DNA of 39,704 nucleotides, from IMG/VR virus record IMGVR_UViG_3300043423_000188, positions 1 to 39,704 of that record, one strand, 5' to 3'. Below are positions 18,153-27,359 of this stretch, piece by piece (position 1 is the stretch's first letter; each line of letters opens with the position of its first letter). The position numbers and the translations under genes were made by a program. The notes under the pieces are model-generated. The model searched no databases. It was not told where the DNA came from and saw only the letters and a list, made by a program, of their open reading frames with translations. The stretch is from a virus. Lineage: Duplodnaviria > Caudoviricetes.

Positions 18153-18800
18153 ATGTCTTCACGGCTTATTGCCGCTTTGAGTGGCAATTTGCAAGAACTC
18201 ATGGCGGCTGAACTCAAAGCAGCCAGACATGCCGTTACCACGGGTGTGCGTGATGCCACTGATGGCCTCAAAGGTGAGCTGCGAGGTCAGATCACTTCGG
18301 CTGGACTGGGGGCACGTCTTGCCAATACCTGGCGCGGTGAGGTCTATCCCAAGGGGCGTGAAAGCCTAGGCGCTGCAGGGTTGGTTTACAGCCGAGCCCC
18401 TGTGGTCGTGTCTGCACATAACGAGGGTGCGTTGATTCGTTCGAAGAACGGCTTTTGGCTCTCTATCCCATTACCAGCGGCAGGCACTGGCCCGCGCGGC
18501 AAACGCATCACACCGGGGCTTTGGGAGCGCATGCGCGGCCAGAGACTTCGATTCGTTTACCGAGCAGGTAAGCCGTCACTTCTCGTGGCGGACAACCAAC
18601 GTGCAAGAGCTGGCAAGCGGGGTGGTTTCACAAACGCTTCTGCATCGGCGCAGCAGTCCGGTAAGGGGCTGGTGAGTGTGCCCATCTTTTTGCTCGTGCC
18701 ACAGGCGCAGCTCAAAAAGAAGTTCGATATTGATTCCGCAGTTCAGCACTGGGAATCACAACTGATTCAAAACGTCATCTCCAACTGGCCCGATGAATAA
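18153..18800 (+). CDS. DUF6441-like neck/tail completion protein (gpZ position)
   Basis: Basic protein, GLKGELRGQITSAGLGARLANTWR; GGAGG RBS. Confidence 0.7.
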   Translation: MSSRLIAALSGNLQELMAAELKAARHAVTTGVRDATDGLKGELRGQITSAGLGARLANTWRGEVYPKGRESLGAAGLVYSRAPVVVSAHNEGALIRSKNGFWLSIPLPAAGTGPRGKRITPGLWERMRGQRLRFVYRAGKPSLLVADNQRARAGKRGGFTNASASAQQSGKGLVSVPIFLLVPQAQLKKKFDIDSAVQHWESQLIQNVISNWPDE

Positions 18801-18820
18801 GGGCGATGGGTGATTAACCG

Positions 18821-18844
18821 GAGCAGGTCACTGGCCTGTTTTTT
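18821..18844 (+). terminator. Weak terminator-like hairpin
   Basis: GCAGGTC-ACT-GGCCTGT stem with G-U pairs followed by T6, right before the ATG at 18845. Confidence 0.35.
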
Positions 18845-19279
18845 ATGTCTAAGCGTGAAGAAGCCGTCGGGGCTTTGTTTCAGTTGTTGGGGCAGTTGCC
18901 CCTTGGCGGCAATGTGCCCAAGCGAAACAGCGCACTGCCTGAACGCATGACAGAGCACTCCATGGTGGTACTGCGCGATGGCGACATGAATGAAGTCGAT
19001 GTGATGCTCTCACCACTGACTTATCAGTGGGAGCACTCGGCCAATTTGGAGGTGTACGTGAGCCACCCCGATGGCGCTGAGCGAGACGCGCGCATGGATG
19101 CACTGCTCAAACAGTTCTCAGAACTCGTGACAACAGACCGAACTTTGGGTGGCGTTGTGGAGTTCACGCAAATTCACCCCCCGAAGTTTGAAGAGGTTGC
19201 GCCCGATGGCGCTGTGGGCATCAAGGCCTGCACCTTGGATGTGGTGATGCATTACGCAAGCAGTGATCCGCTGTCTTGA
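18845..19279 (+). CDS. Putative tail terminator protein (gpU position)
   Basis: 144-aa acidic protein directly upstream of the tail tube; DRTLGGVV motif. Confidence 0.65.
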   Translation: MSKREEAVGALFQLLGQLPLGGNVPKRNSALPERMTEHSMVVLRDGDMNEVDVMLSPLTYQWEHSANLEVYVSHPDGAERDARMDALLKQFSELVTTDRTLGGVVEFTQIHPPKFEEVAPDGAVGIKACTLDVVMHYASSDPLS

Positions 19280-19304
19280 TTCAATTTAAAACTGGAGAAA
19301 AACT

Positions 19305-20249
19305 ATGGCCCGTGCCTATGGCGCAAATGCCAGCTTGCTGGCTGCATTCGAACCTTCCTACGGTGCACACCCAAGTGGCAGCACCGACTATTGGAAGCTC
19401 CCATTTGTCTCTACCTCATTGGGCTCTGAGCAAGGCCTCATTGCCAATGACCTGATTGGACTTGGCCGAGACCCAAGCGCCCCCATCCGCGATGTGATTA
19501 AGGTTGAGGGCGATATGGTTGTGCCGATCGACCTGCGTAACTTTGGCTTGTGGCTCAAAGCTTTGTTGGGTGCTCCCACCTCTGTGGGCGACGTAGACCA
19601 TCAACACACCTTTGGCTCCGGGCAGCCTGTATTGCCAAGTCTCGCGCTTGAAACAGGCTTGCCTGATATCCCCGCTTACTTTGAATCGTCGGGCGTGATG
19701 GTTAACTCCGTCCAAATCAAGTTCGCACGCTCTGGTGCTGCAGATGCAACCTTGGGGTTGATCGCGCAAGGGGAAGTCAAGCAACTCGGATCTGTCGATG
19801 CAACGCCACAAGCTTTGTCGATCACACGGTTTAACCAGTTCCAAGGTTCGATCAAGAAAAACGGTCAGGCACTGGGTAACGTGGTGGCGGCGCAGCTGAC
19901 CTATTCCAACAACCTAGCTCGCATTGAGACCATCCGCTCTGACGGAAAAATCGAAGGTGCAGATCCAACCGTTGCGAGTTTGACGGGCAACTTGGAGGTG
20001 CGCTTTGCAGATACAGAGCTCATTGATGCTGCCACCAACAACACGCCACTCGAGCTCACGTTCAGCTACGTGATTGATGCCACCAAGAGTTTGACCTTTG
20101 TGGCGCATGAGGTGTATCTGCCCAAACCCAAGCTGTCGATCTCTGGCCCGGGTGGCATTCAAGCCACCTTCAACTGGCAGGCCGCCAAGAACACAGCCGC
20201 TGGTCGGATGTTCACGGTCATTCTTCACAACGATGTGGCTAGCTACTAA
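19305..20249 (+). CDS. Major tail tube protein
   Basis: MARAYGANA...LGSEQGLIANDLIGLGRDP...ISGPGGIQATF; GGAG RBS; upstream of the chaperones and tape measure. Confidence 0.88.
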   Translation: MARAYGANASLLAAFEPSYGAHPSGSTDYWKLPFVSTSLGSEQGLIANDLIGLGRDPSAPIRDVIKVEGDMVVPIDLRNFGLWLKALLGAPTSVGDVDHQHTFGSGQPVLPSLALETGLPDIPAYFESSGVMVNSVQIKFARSGAADATLGLIAQGEVKQLGSVDATPQALSITRFNQFQGSIKKNGQALGNVVAAQLTYSNNLARIETIRSDGKIEGADPTVASLTGNLEVRFADTELIDAATNNTPLELTFSYVIDATKSLTFVAHEVYLPKPKLSISGPGGIQATFNWQAAKNTAAGRMFTVILHNDVASY

Positions 20250-20284
20250 GTCGCACGTATTCAGCCACACGCACAGGTATTTCC

Positions 20285-20635
20285 ATGCTCAAACTTAACT
20301 TGAAACGTGAGCCGTATTGGCTCGACTTGAAACATGGCGTTCGCGTCAAGGTTAAACCTGCCACCACAGCGTTGGTCATGGCAGCACGCCATGCGGCGTC
20401 GGTCATTGACGGCAAAGACCATGCAGCAGCGGGGCAGCGCACCGCGACTTTGATCACCGAACTTGCCAAGCTGGCTGTGTTGGCCTGGGAGGGTGTGGGC
20501 GATGAAAAGGGCAAGGCCACACCGGTGAGCCCAGAAGGCATTGAAGCCCTGATGGAGTTGTGGCCGGTTGCCGATGCCTTCGAGCGCGAGTATCTGGCGG
20601 CTCTGTATTTGCTGGATGCCGAAAAAAACGTCTGA
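20285..20635 (+). CDS. Tail assembly chaperone (gpG-like)
   Basis: LAWEGVGDEKG motif, position, ends in slippery GAA AAA AAC GTC TGA. Confidence 0.8.
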   Translation: MLKLNLKREPYWLDLKHGVRVKVKPATTALVMAARHAASVIDGKDHAAAGQRTATLITELAKLAVLAWEGVGDEKGKATPVSPEGIEALMELWPVADAFEREYLAALYLLDAEKNV

Positions 20636-20961
20636 AGGCTCGTACCGAATGGCACTTCGGTGGCGGGCCAGCGTACTGTGAAGCCTGCGCAACAACCTGT
20701 CCTGAATGTCCGTACCAAGTAAATGCGCCTAGAACCCAAGAGGGGTGGGAGGCGCTTGCGGTGCTTGAGGTTTGTGCGGGGCAGTTGCGTATGGCTCAAA
20801 ACACGGTGATTGGTTTGGACTTCAATGCTTGGAGACAAGCCAGTGAGTCTTTAAATGCAGATGTCTGTGCGATGACGCACATATTCCCTGCGATTGAGGC
20901 GGGCGTCACGGCTGCCATGAACTCTTCAAGCAACGCAACAACAGGTGACAGCCATGGCTGA
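20623..20961 (+). CDS. Frameshifted tail chaperone extension (gpT-like, expressed as a G-T fusion)
   Basis: Open -1 frame starting at A AAA AAC (20623-20629), no ATG/RBS of its own, ends overlapping the tape measure start. Confidence 0.75.
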   Translation, partial: KKRLKARTEWHFGGGPAYCEACATTCPECPYQVNAPRTQEGWEALAVLEVCAGQLRMAQNTVIGLDFNAWRQASESLNADVCAMTHIFPAIEAGVTAAMNSSSNATTGDSHG

Positions 20962-23575
20962 ACGCAATCTCGCAATTCGACTCTCGGTGGTGGATGGCGG
21001 CAAGGTCAAGGCTGAGCTCTCCGATGTTGGAGAGGCGGGGGAGAAGTCTCTCAAGCGCATTGAGGCCGCATCGCAACCTGCCTCAGCAGGATTGCAGATC
21101 GTCTCCAAAGCAGCCAACGATGCGTTCGCGCAAATGGAAGATGCCACCTCGCGTCTTGGGCTCCTTGGAACGGTTCTCGGAAAACTCGGTCCCGCAGGTT
21201 TGATTGCTGGAGCCTCCATCGCTGCAGCTGGATACGGCATGCATCAGCTGATCGTGCCAGTGGCCGAAGTTGGTGAAGAGCTGAACAAGCTCTCGCAAAA
21301 GACAGCGGTGTCAGTGGAGGCCTTGTCTGCGCTGCTTTATGTCTCTGAGCTGTCTGATGTCAGTACTGAGAGTTTGACCAAGGCTTTGAAGTTTTTGTCG
21401 ACCGCCATGTTTGACGCAAAAGTCAAAAGCGGCGAGGGCAGCGCTGCATTGCGCGCGTTTGGTATTTCGGCATTGGATGCGAATAACCAAATCCGTCCGA
21501 CCGAAGAGGTCTTGCTCGATCTTGCCGATAAGTTTTCGGCCATGCCAGACAGTGCCGAAAAAGCTGCACTTGCGGTGAAGCTATTTGGCAAGAATGGTCT
21601 GGACATGATCCCGATGCTCAACCAAGGGCGGGACGGGATCACGGCCATGATGGAAGAAGCCAAGCGCTTAGGCTTGGTGATGTCTGCAGATGCTGCACGG
21701 GCATCGGAAGAGTTCAATGACAACCTGAAGCGACTGCACGCGGTCAACGAAGGTGTGCAGCGTCAAATTGGCTCGGCCTTCATCCCGATCTTGGCCGATT
21801 TGACGGAACACATCTTTCTTGCCAAAACAGAGACTGGTGGTTTTAGCAGTGAGCTGATTGCAATCAGCAACAACCGCCAGCAAGTGCTCAACTACCTTGA
21901 GGACGTTGCCAAGGGGCTTGGCTTCATTGCTGAGTCGGCAGTGCTGGCCAAGCGGGTCATCTCTCAGCCGTTTGACAGTCTGTCTGTGGTGGGCAAGGAC
22001 GTCGAAACATGGATGAAGAGCGACATGCTGCGCTCGATGAAGTCCATGGGCTACAACGAACAGCAGATTGATGCGGAGATTGCCAAGCTTCAAGGCGCAC
22101 GTGACAAGTTTGTTGAATCAGCCAACGAGCGATTGGCGCGCATCAATGACAACCCCGGTTATGTGAACTCGATTGAGAAGTTCTTCGATGAGCAGCGTCG
22201 AACCGTTCGGGTGATGGGCCAGAAGTTTGTACTTGATACAGCTGAGCAAGCTGCACAGGTGCAAAAGATCTATGACGAGTTCTTGCCCAAGATGCCCAGA
22301 AAGGCTCCTGCCGGGATGGACCTCTCTGGGTTCGACAAGAACAATGAAGGCCTGCAATTTTTAAAACAACTCGAGCAACGCTCAATGCGTGTGACCGGTG
22401 GCGAGGCTGCTGAGCTCAGAGCCAAGGCGCTGGACTTGGAGAAAAAGGGCTACGCAGGTGTGCGGGCTGAAGCTGAGAAGTACATCCAAGTCATTGAGGC
22501 CATGGAGAAGCAAAAGGTCTCGGACAAGAAGTTCGATGAGTACGAGAAAGAGCTGCAAAAGGTTCATCAGATCACCGAGGGCTACATCGGTAACAACCGT
22601 CTCAAACAAGAAGAGCTGGTGCTCAAGCGTCAGATGCTTGATGTGGGGGATGTCGAGCGTGCTGGCATGCAAGTGCGCTTCGATTTGGAAAAAGCTGCTT
22701 ACGCTGCGCGCAGGCAAGCGGATCAAATCACCGACCCCGGGCTAAAGGCTGAAGCGATCGAGATCATCAATCATGCGTTGTCACGCCAGTTGCCTGTGAT
22801 CGTTGACTTGGCCCGTGCCAATGCGGAGTACCAACGCAGCTTTGATTACGGCATGCGCTCATCGGTTCGCAGCTATGTGGAAGACTCTACCAACGCTGCC
22901 AAGCAAGCTGAGCGGGCGGTGACTTCTGCTTTCAAAGGTATGGAGGATGCGCTCGTTCAGTTCGTGACCACGGGCAAACTCGACTTCACCAGCTTGGCCA
23001 ACTCCATCATTGCTGATCTGGTGCGCATTCAGATTCAGCGCATGGTCACTTTGCCATTAGCTGGGTGGTTGGGAGGTTTTGGTTCAACACCCACACCTGC
23101 GCCTGGCGGCAGCATCGTTCCAATCGGTGCGACAGACCTTGTAAACCCCATGGTCGCAGTGGCACACACGGGTGGCTTGATTGGGTCGGACAGTTTGGTC
23201 TCCCGATCTGTGGGGCTTCACAACTTCGCAGGTGCCACCCGTTATCACACGGGTGGTCTTGTCGAAGGTGAGGTTCCCATCATCGCGCAGCCGGGTGAGG
23301 CGGTGTTCACGCCCGGTCAGATGCGCGCATTGGGTGGGGCGCTTTCTTCTAAGAACCAGCCTCAAGTGCGCGTGGCTGTGAATGTGATCAATAACGCCTC
23401 GGGCGTGGATGCGCGTGTGCAGTCTTCTCAACAAGCGGATGGTTCCATGCGTCTAGACATCATCGTGGAGCAAATTGAAGCTCGCATGTCCCGATCAATT
23501 GGTCAGGGCACGGGGATTGCGCCAACTCTTGAGCGCCGCTATGGGTTGAATCCGGCTGCAGGAGCGATGCGATGA
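20954..23575 (+). CDS. Tail tape measure protein, lambda-type C-terminus
   Basis: Long Ala/Leu helical protein; AFKGMEDALVQFVTTGKLDFTSLANSIIADL and HTGG motifs. Confidence 0.92.
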   Translation: MAERNLAIRLSVVDGGKVKAELSDVGEAGEKSLKRIEAASQPASAGLQIVSKAANDAFAQMEDATSRLGLLGTVLGKLGPAGLIAGASIAAAGYGMHQLIVPVAEVGEELNKLSQKTAVSVEALSALLYVSELSDVSTESLTKALKFLSTAMFDAKVKSGEGSAALRAFGISALDANNQIRPTEEVLLDLADKFSAMPDSAEKAALAVKLFGKNGLDMIPMLNQGRDGITAMMEEAKRLGLVMSADAARASEEFNDNLKRLHAVNEGVQRQIGSAFIPILADLTEHIFLAKTETGGFSSELIAISNNRQQVLNYLEDVAKGLGFIAESAVLAKRVISQPFDSLSVVGKDVETWMKSDMLRSMKSMGYNEQQIDAEIAKLQGARDKFVESANERLARINDNPGYVNSIEKFFDEQRRTVRVMGQKFVLDTAEQAAQVQKIYDEFLPKMPRKAPAGMDLSGFDKNNEGLQFLKQLEQRSMRVTGGEAAELRAKALDLEKKGYAGVRAEAEKYIQVIEAMEKQKVSDKKFDEYEKELQKVHQITEGYIGNNRLKQEELVLKRQMLDVGDVERAGMQVRFDLEKAAYAARRQADQITDPGLKAEAIEIINHALSRQLPVIVDLARANAEYQRSFDYGMRSSVRSYVEDSTNAAKQAERAVTSAFKGMEDALVQFVTTGKLDFTSLANSIIADLVRIQIQRMVTLPLAGWLGGFGSTPTPAPGGSIVPIGATDLVNPMVAVAHTGGLIGSDSLVSRSVGLHNFAGATRYHTGGLVEGEVPIIAQPGEAVFTPGQMRALGGALSSKNQPQVRVAVNVINNASGVDARVQSSQQADGSMRLDIIVEQIEARMSRSIGQGTGIAPTLERRYGLNPAAGAMR

Positions 23576-24060
23576 CGAGTAGTTATCCACAGTTTCCGAT
23601 TGAACGGATCCCTCTTCCTTCGGTGGATGGTTACACCATCTCGCCTGGTGAGGCTGTGATTCGAACGGACATGGAGTCGGGGGCGGCAAGATCGCGGCGA
23701 CGGTTCAGTCAGACGCCTGCACGGGTGAGTGTTCGTTGGAACTTGCGCCCGCTGACCTATGCGATTTTTGAATCTTGGTTCAAACACGAAATCCTTGATG
23801 GTGCGGAGTGGTTCGAACTGCCATTGCTTGCGGGCATCGGCATGGCCACCACACAAGCGCGTTTCACCAAGGCTTATCAAGCCAAGCTGGTGCGGCGCAA
23901 CCAATGGGAAGTCAGCGGAGAGCTGGAAATCCGAAACCGTCCAGTTCTAACCCGTGATGCGCTGGGAGTTCTTGTGAACTCTGACTTTGAAGCCTTGGAG
24001 CTTTCCATCGACTCGCTCGAATACCTCGTCCAACACCAACTGCCCTCAGAACCCTGGTAA
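23572..24060 (+). CDS. Distal tail protein (gpM-like)
   Basis: IRTDMESGAARSRRRF...FESWF..DGAEWF; ATGA overlap with the tape measure gene. Confidence 0.75.
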   Translation: MTSSYPQFPIERIPLPSVDGYTISPGEAVIRTDMESGAARSRRRFSQTPARVSVRWNLRPLTYAIFESWFKHEILDGAEWFELPLLAGIGMATTQARFTKAYQAKLVRRNQWEVSGELEIRNRPVLTRDALGVLVNSDFEALELSIDSLEYLVQHQLPSEPW

Positions 24061-24091
24061 CTCAGGTCTGGGGGCTTTCTTTTGAGCCCCC

Positions 24092-26722
24092 ATGAACCTG
24101 CAAGAACAGTTAGAAGCAACAGTCAACAAGGCTGAGGTCGATGTGTCCTTGTTGCACCAAGTGGTGCACGGAGACAGCGAGACGGATGTGGTCACCGAGG
24201 GTGGTTCTGTCAAAACGGTGGCCAAGGCTATCCATCAGGTTGAACTTGATTTGGCGGCGTCCCGCACAGAGCTCACAGCTCAGGTGGGGGAGGCCACAAG
24301 GCAAGCTGGCATTTCCACGAGCAGTGCCAATCTGTCCACGTCCAAAGCAGCAGACGCAGCGGCAACGCTGGCAGAGGTCATGGCTAGAGCAGACGCGGCA
24401 ACCAGTGCCGTGGTGATTCCTACCAAGACATGGGTGGGAAACGGCACGCAGACAGACTTTGCACTTGACTATGCGGTGGGTCATCCCGGTGCATTGCAAG
24501 TCACGGTGGCCAGTGTGTTGCAAACACCCCTAGATGCCTATTCGCTGTTTGATTCCAGAACGCTGAGGTTTGTGACGGCCCCCTTGAATGGGGTGAGCAT
24601 CACCGCGCGAATGCTGGATAAAGAGAGCCAGACCGGTGCAGCCGCTGCGATGGATTGGGCGACCAAGACCACGGGGCCTGTGCAAGGAACTGAGTATTCG
24701 GCGAAATACCAAGCGCAGGCAGCGGCCAGCAGTGCAAGCGCATCAGGTGCTTCAGCTTTGGCGGCTGCAACGAGTGCTTCAGCCTCGGCATCTTCTGCGT
24801 CCACATCGAGTACCAAAGCCAGTGACGCGGCTATGTCTGCGGGCGATGCAGCAGCTTCTGCTGCAACTGCAACGACACAAGCCAGCGCGGCTTCTGGTTC
24901 TGCCAGTAGTGCGGCTGCATCAGCCACTGCTGCTGCCAACTCAGCGATAACTGCAGCTTCTAAAGCCACCGATGCATCCAGCAGTGCATCGAGTGCTTCG
25001 AGTTCAGCAAGTGCAGCCGCAACGAGCGCCAATAACGCGCAAGACTGGGCGACCAAAACAAGTGCGCCTGTCAATGGCGCTGATTATTCGGCCAAGTACT
25101 ACGCCCAGTCCATCACGGCATCTGCGGCAACTGCCAGTCAAAAAGCGAGTGATGCGGCGGCGAGTGCCACGGCTGCGGCAGGCTCTGCCAGCACTTCTAC
25201 GACCAAAGCCTCGGAGAGTGCTGCGTCCGCCAGTAGCGCTGCATCATCAGCGACAACGGCAACGACGCAGGCCACTGCAGCTACGACATCTGCCACCAAC
25301 GCAGGTGCATCTTCGACGGCGGCATCTGGCTTTGCAAACACGGCCAGCACCAAAGCAAGTGAGGCGGCTGCAAGTGCCACGGCTGCCGCAACCTCTGCGA
25401 CCAATGCAGGTGCTAGTGCAACGAGTGCTGCCGCATCTGCGAGTGCCGCAGCAGGTTCTGCGACGACGGCAACGACCAAGGCCTCAGAGGCTATGGCCAG
25501 TGCAAATGCTTCGGCATCTTCTGCGAGTGCGGCTTCAATCAGTGCAACAAGTGCAGCGAGTTCGTTGACTTCAGCTCAAACGCAAGCTACCAAAGCAGCG
25601 GATTGGGCGGAGAAGACTGCGGCGACGGTTGACGGGACGGGTTACTCAGCCAAGTACTGGGCAGCGCAAGCGGCTGGTTCAGCCGCAGCAGTGACGACCA
25701 ACACCATCATTCCTGCGGAGACTTTCACGGGCAATGGTGTGGCGACGGACTTCACAATCAGTCGTGGGGTTTCTTATCCCGGTGCCTTGCTGGTCACGGT
25801 CGCAGGGGTGCAGCAAGCGCCAGTGGATGCGTACACCACGCCCACTATGACCACGCTTCGATTCAGCTCAGCGCCGGACAACGGTGTTCTCATCAGTGTT
25901 CGGTATTTGGATAAGGAAGCGCAGTCGGGTGCCGCTGCCGCGCAAGAGTGGGCAACGAAGACGACTGGCATGGTCTCGGGCTCCACGGAGTATTCCGCGA
26001 AGTACCACGCAGGTGCAGCAGCTGCAAGTAGTTCTGTGGCAACCCAAAAGGCATCGGATGCCTCTGGGTCTTCGACTTCTGCTGCAGCCTCAGCCACGAC
26101 GGCCACGACCAAGGCATCTGACGCTTCTGCTTCTGCCAGTGCGGCTGCGAGTTCGGCAGCAACAGCCACTGCCAAAGCAGGTGAAGCATCGGCGTCGGCA
26201 ACGAATGCGGCCTCGTCTGCATATGCAGCGGCGACTTCCGCAACCGCATCAGCTGCCTCTGCCGCAACGACGACTACCAAAGCTTCTGATGCTGCGACGT
26301 CCGCTTCTACGGCCACAGCCAAGGCAGCCGAGGCCAGTGGTTCTGCGACGGGTGCTGCAAGTTCGGCGAGTGCAGCGAGTACGTCTGCCTCTCAGGCATC
26401 GACCTCCGCCACCAATGCAGCCACAAGTGCAACAGCGTCAGCCACCTCTGCAACCAATGCCCAGACCTATGCCACGCAGGCACAAGCTGCGGCAGCCAGT
26501 GCGCAAGGTTCAAGCGTTGCACCGCAGGTGTTCACGGGTAACGGCAGTGCCACTGACTTTGCCCTCACCACGGCAGCGGCCAGTGTGACCAAGCTCATGG
26601 TGACGGTGGCCAACGTCATTCAGGACTCGTTGGACGCTTATGTGTTGGTCAATAGCGGTGCAACTTTGAGATTCACCTCTGCGCCCTTAAACGGGGTGCG
26701 CATCGTTGTTCGGTATCTGTAG
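24092..26722 (+). CDS. Long Ala/Ser/Thr-rich side tail fibre (Stf-like) with three repeated beta-domains
   Basis: Extended ASSAASSA..TKASEA repeats; three GNG..TDF...LRF..AP.NGV.I..R.L domains; four (D/E)WA.KT...YSAKY motifs. Confidence 0.85.
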   Translation: MNLQEQLEATVNKAEVDVSLLHQVVHGDSETDVVTEGGSVKTVAKAIHQVELDLAASRTELTAQVGEATRQAGISTSSANLSTSKAADAAATLAEVMARADAATSAVVIPTKTWVGNGTQTDFALDYAVGHPGALQVTVASVLQTPLDAYSLFDSRTLRFVTAPLNGVSITARMLDKESQTGAAAAMDWATKTTGPVQGTEYSAKYQAQAAASSASASGASALAAATSASASASSASTSSTKASDAAMSAGDAAASAATATTQASAASGSASSAAASATAAANSAITAASKATDASSSASSASSSASAAATSANNAQDWATKTSAPVNGADYSAKYYAQSITASAATASQKASDAAASATAAAGSASTSTTKASESAASASSAASSATTATTQATAATTSATNAGASSTAASGFANTASTKASEAAASATAAATSATNAGASATSAAASASAAAGSATTATTKASEAMASANASASSASAASISATSAASSLTSAQTQATKAADWAEKTAATVDGTGYSAKYWAAQAAGSAAAVTTNTIIPAETFTGNGVATDFTISRGVSYPGALLVTVAGVQQAPVDAYTTPTMTTLRFSSAPDNGVLISVRYLDKEAQSGAAAAQEWATKTTGMVSGSTEYSAKYHAGAAAASSSVATQKASDASGSSTSAAASATTATTKASDASASASAAASSAATATAKAGEASASATNAASSAYAAATSATASAASAATTTTKASDAATSASTATAKAAEASGSATGAASSASAASTSASQASTSATNAATSATASATSATNAQTYATQAQAAAASAQGSSVAPQVFTGNGSATDFALTTAAASVTKLMVTVANVIQDSLDAYVLVNSGATLRFTSAPLNGVRIVVRYL

Positions 26723-26748
26723 AGCAATTCATCTGAAAGGAGGCCCTT

Positions 26749-27348
26749 GTGCCTATTACCCAAATCCCACCCGAGGGCCTGAAAGATTCGGGCGTATCTG
26801 CAGGAACCTATGGGTCTGCTTCGCAAATCCCTGTAGTGACGGTCAACAGCAAAGGCCAAGTCACCTCGGCGGGTACAGCAGCGCTGGACTTGTCGACTAA
26901 GGTCAATAAGTCGGGCGACACGATGACGGGAACGTTGTCTGTTCCGCGTCTGCAAGTCACCTCCACTGCTAACTACATCGACATGGTCGATACGGACTGG
27001 GGTACACGTTCGTTTTATCACAACCAGGGGCTCATGGGATTTTTGAAATCCGATGGCAACTGGGACATGTACATGAACAACGGTGGTCAGATGTGGGCGG
27101 CCAACTACGGCTGGTTGCATGACTATTTTTTCAGCAACGTGAGTAATTGCATTCGAATTAATGGCAACCCATCATCAGCTTGGTCAGGTGCACCTAACTG
27201 CCAGGTGACAGACAACTGCTACAACTGCGGAGAATTTGCACCTAATCAAAGTAACACGTTACCGACGCTGTTTGATAACGGTGGAAACATACGACTTGGT
27301 GCTTATGGCACTCGATACAACTGCAATTGCGATTGCAACTGTTGCTGA
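26749..27348 (+). CDS. Small tail-fibre/receptor-binding protein with Asx-Cys-rich C-terminus (candidate modification substrate)
   Basis: Fibre motifs SGVSAGTY..VTVNSKGQVT and KSGDTMTG; 9 Cys, all after residue 133; ends YNCNCDCNCC; AGGAGG RBS, GTG start. Confidence 0.75.
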   Translation: MPITQIPPEGLKDSGVSAGTYGSASQIPVVTVNSKGQVTSAGTAALDLSTKVNKSGDTMTGTLSVPRLQVTSTANYIDMVDTDWGTRSFYHNQGLMGFLKSDGNWDMYMNNGGQMWAANYGWLHDYFFSNVSNCIRINGNPSSAWSGAPNCQVTDNCYNCGEFAPNQSNTLPTLFDNGGNIRLGAYGTRYNCNCDCNCC

Positions 27349-27359
27349 GGAATGAAAAT

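Noticed and set aside
24700-26520. CRISPR-like or tandem DNA repeat array
   Set aside because: The repeats are degenerate at DNA level and conserved only as protein motifs; there is no repeat-spacer structure
24538-26588. Several long alternative-frame ORFs over the fibre gene
   Set aside because: By-products of Ala/Ser/Thr repeat codons lacking stops; low-complexity translations
27136-27348. Diversity-generating retroelement target (AAC-rich fibre C-terminus)
   Set aside because: No reverse transcriptase and no second near-identical template repeat are visible in the window; a DGR acting in trans cannot be excluded
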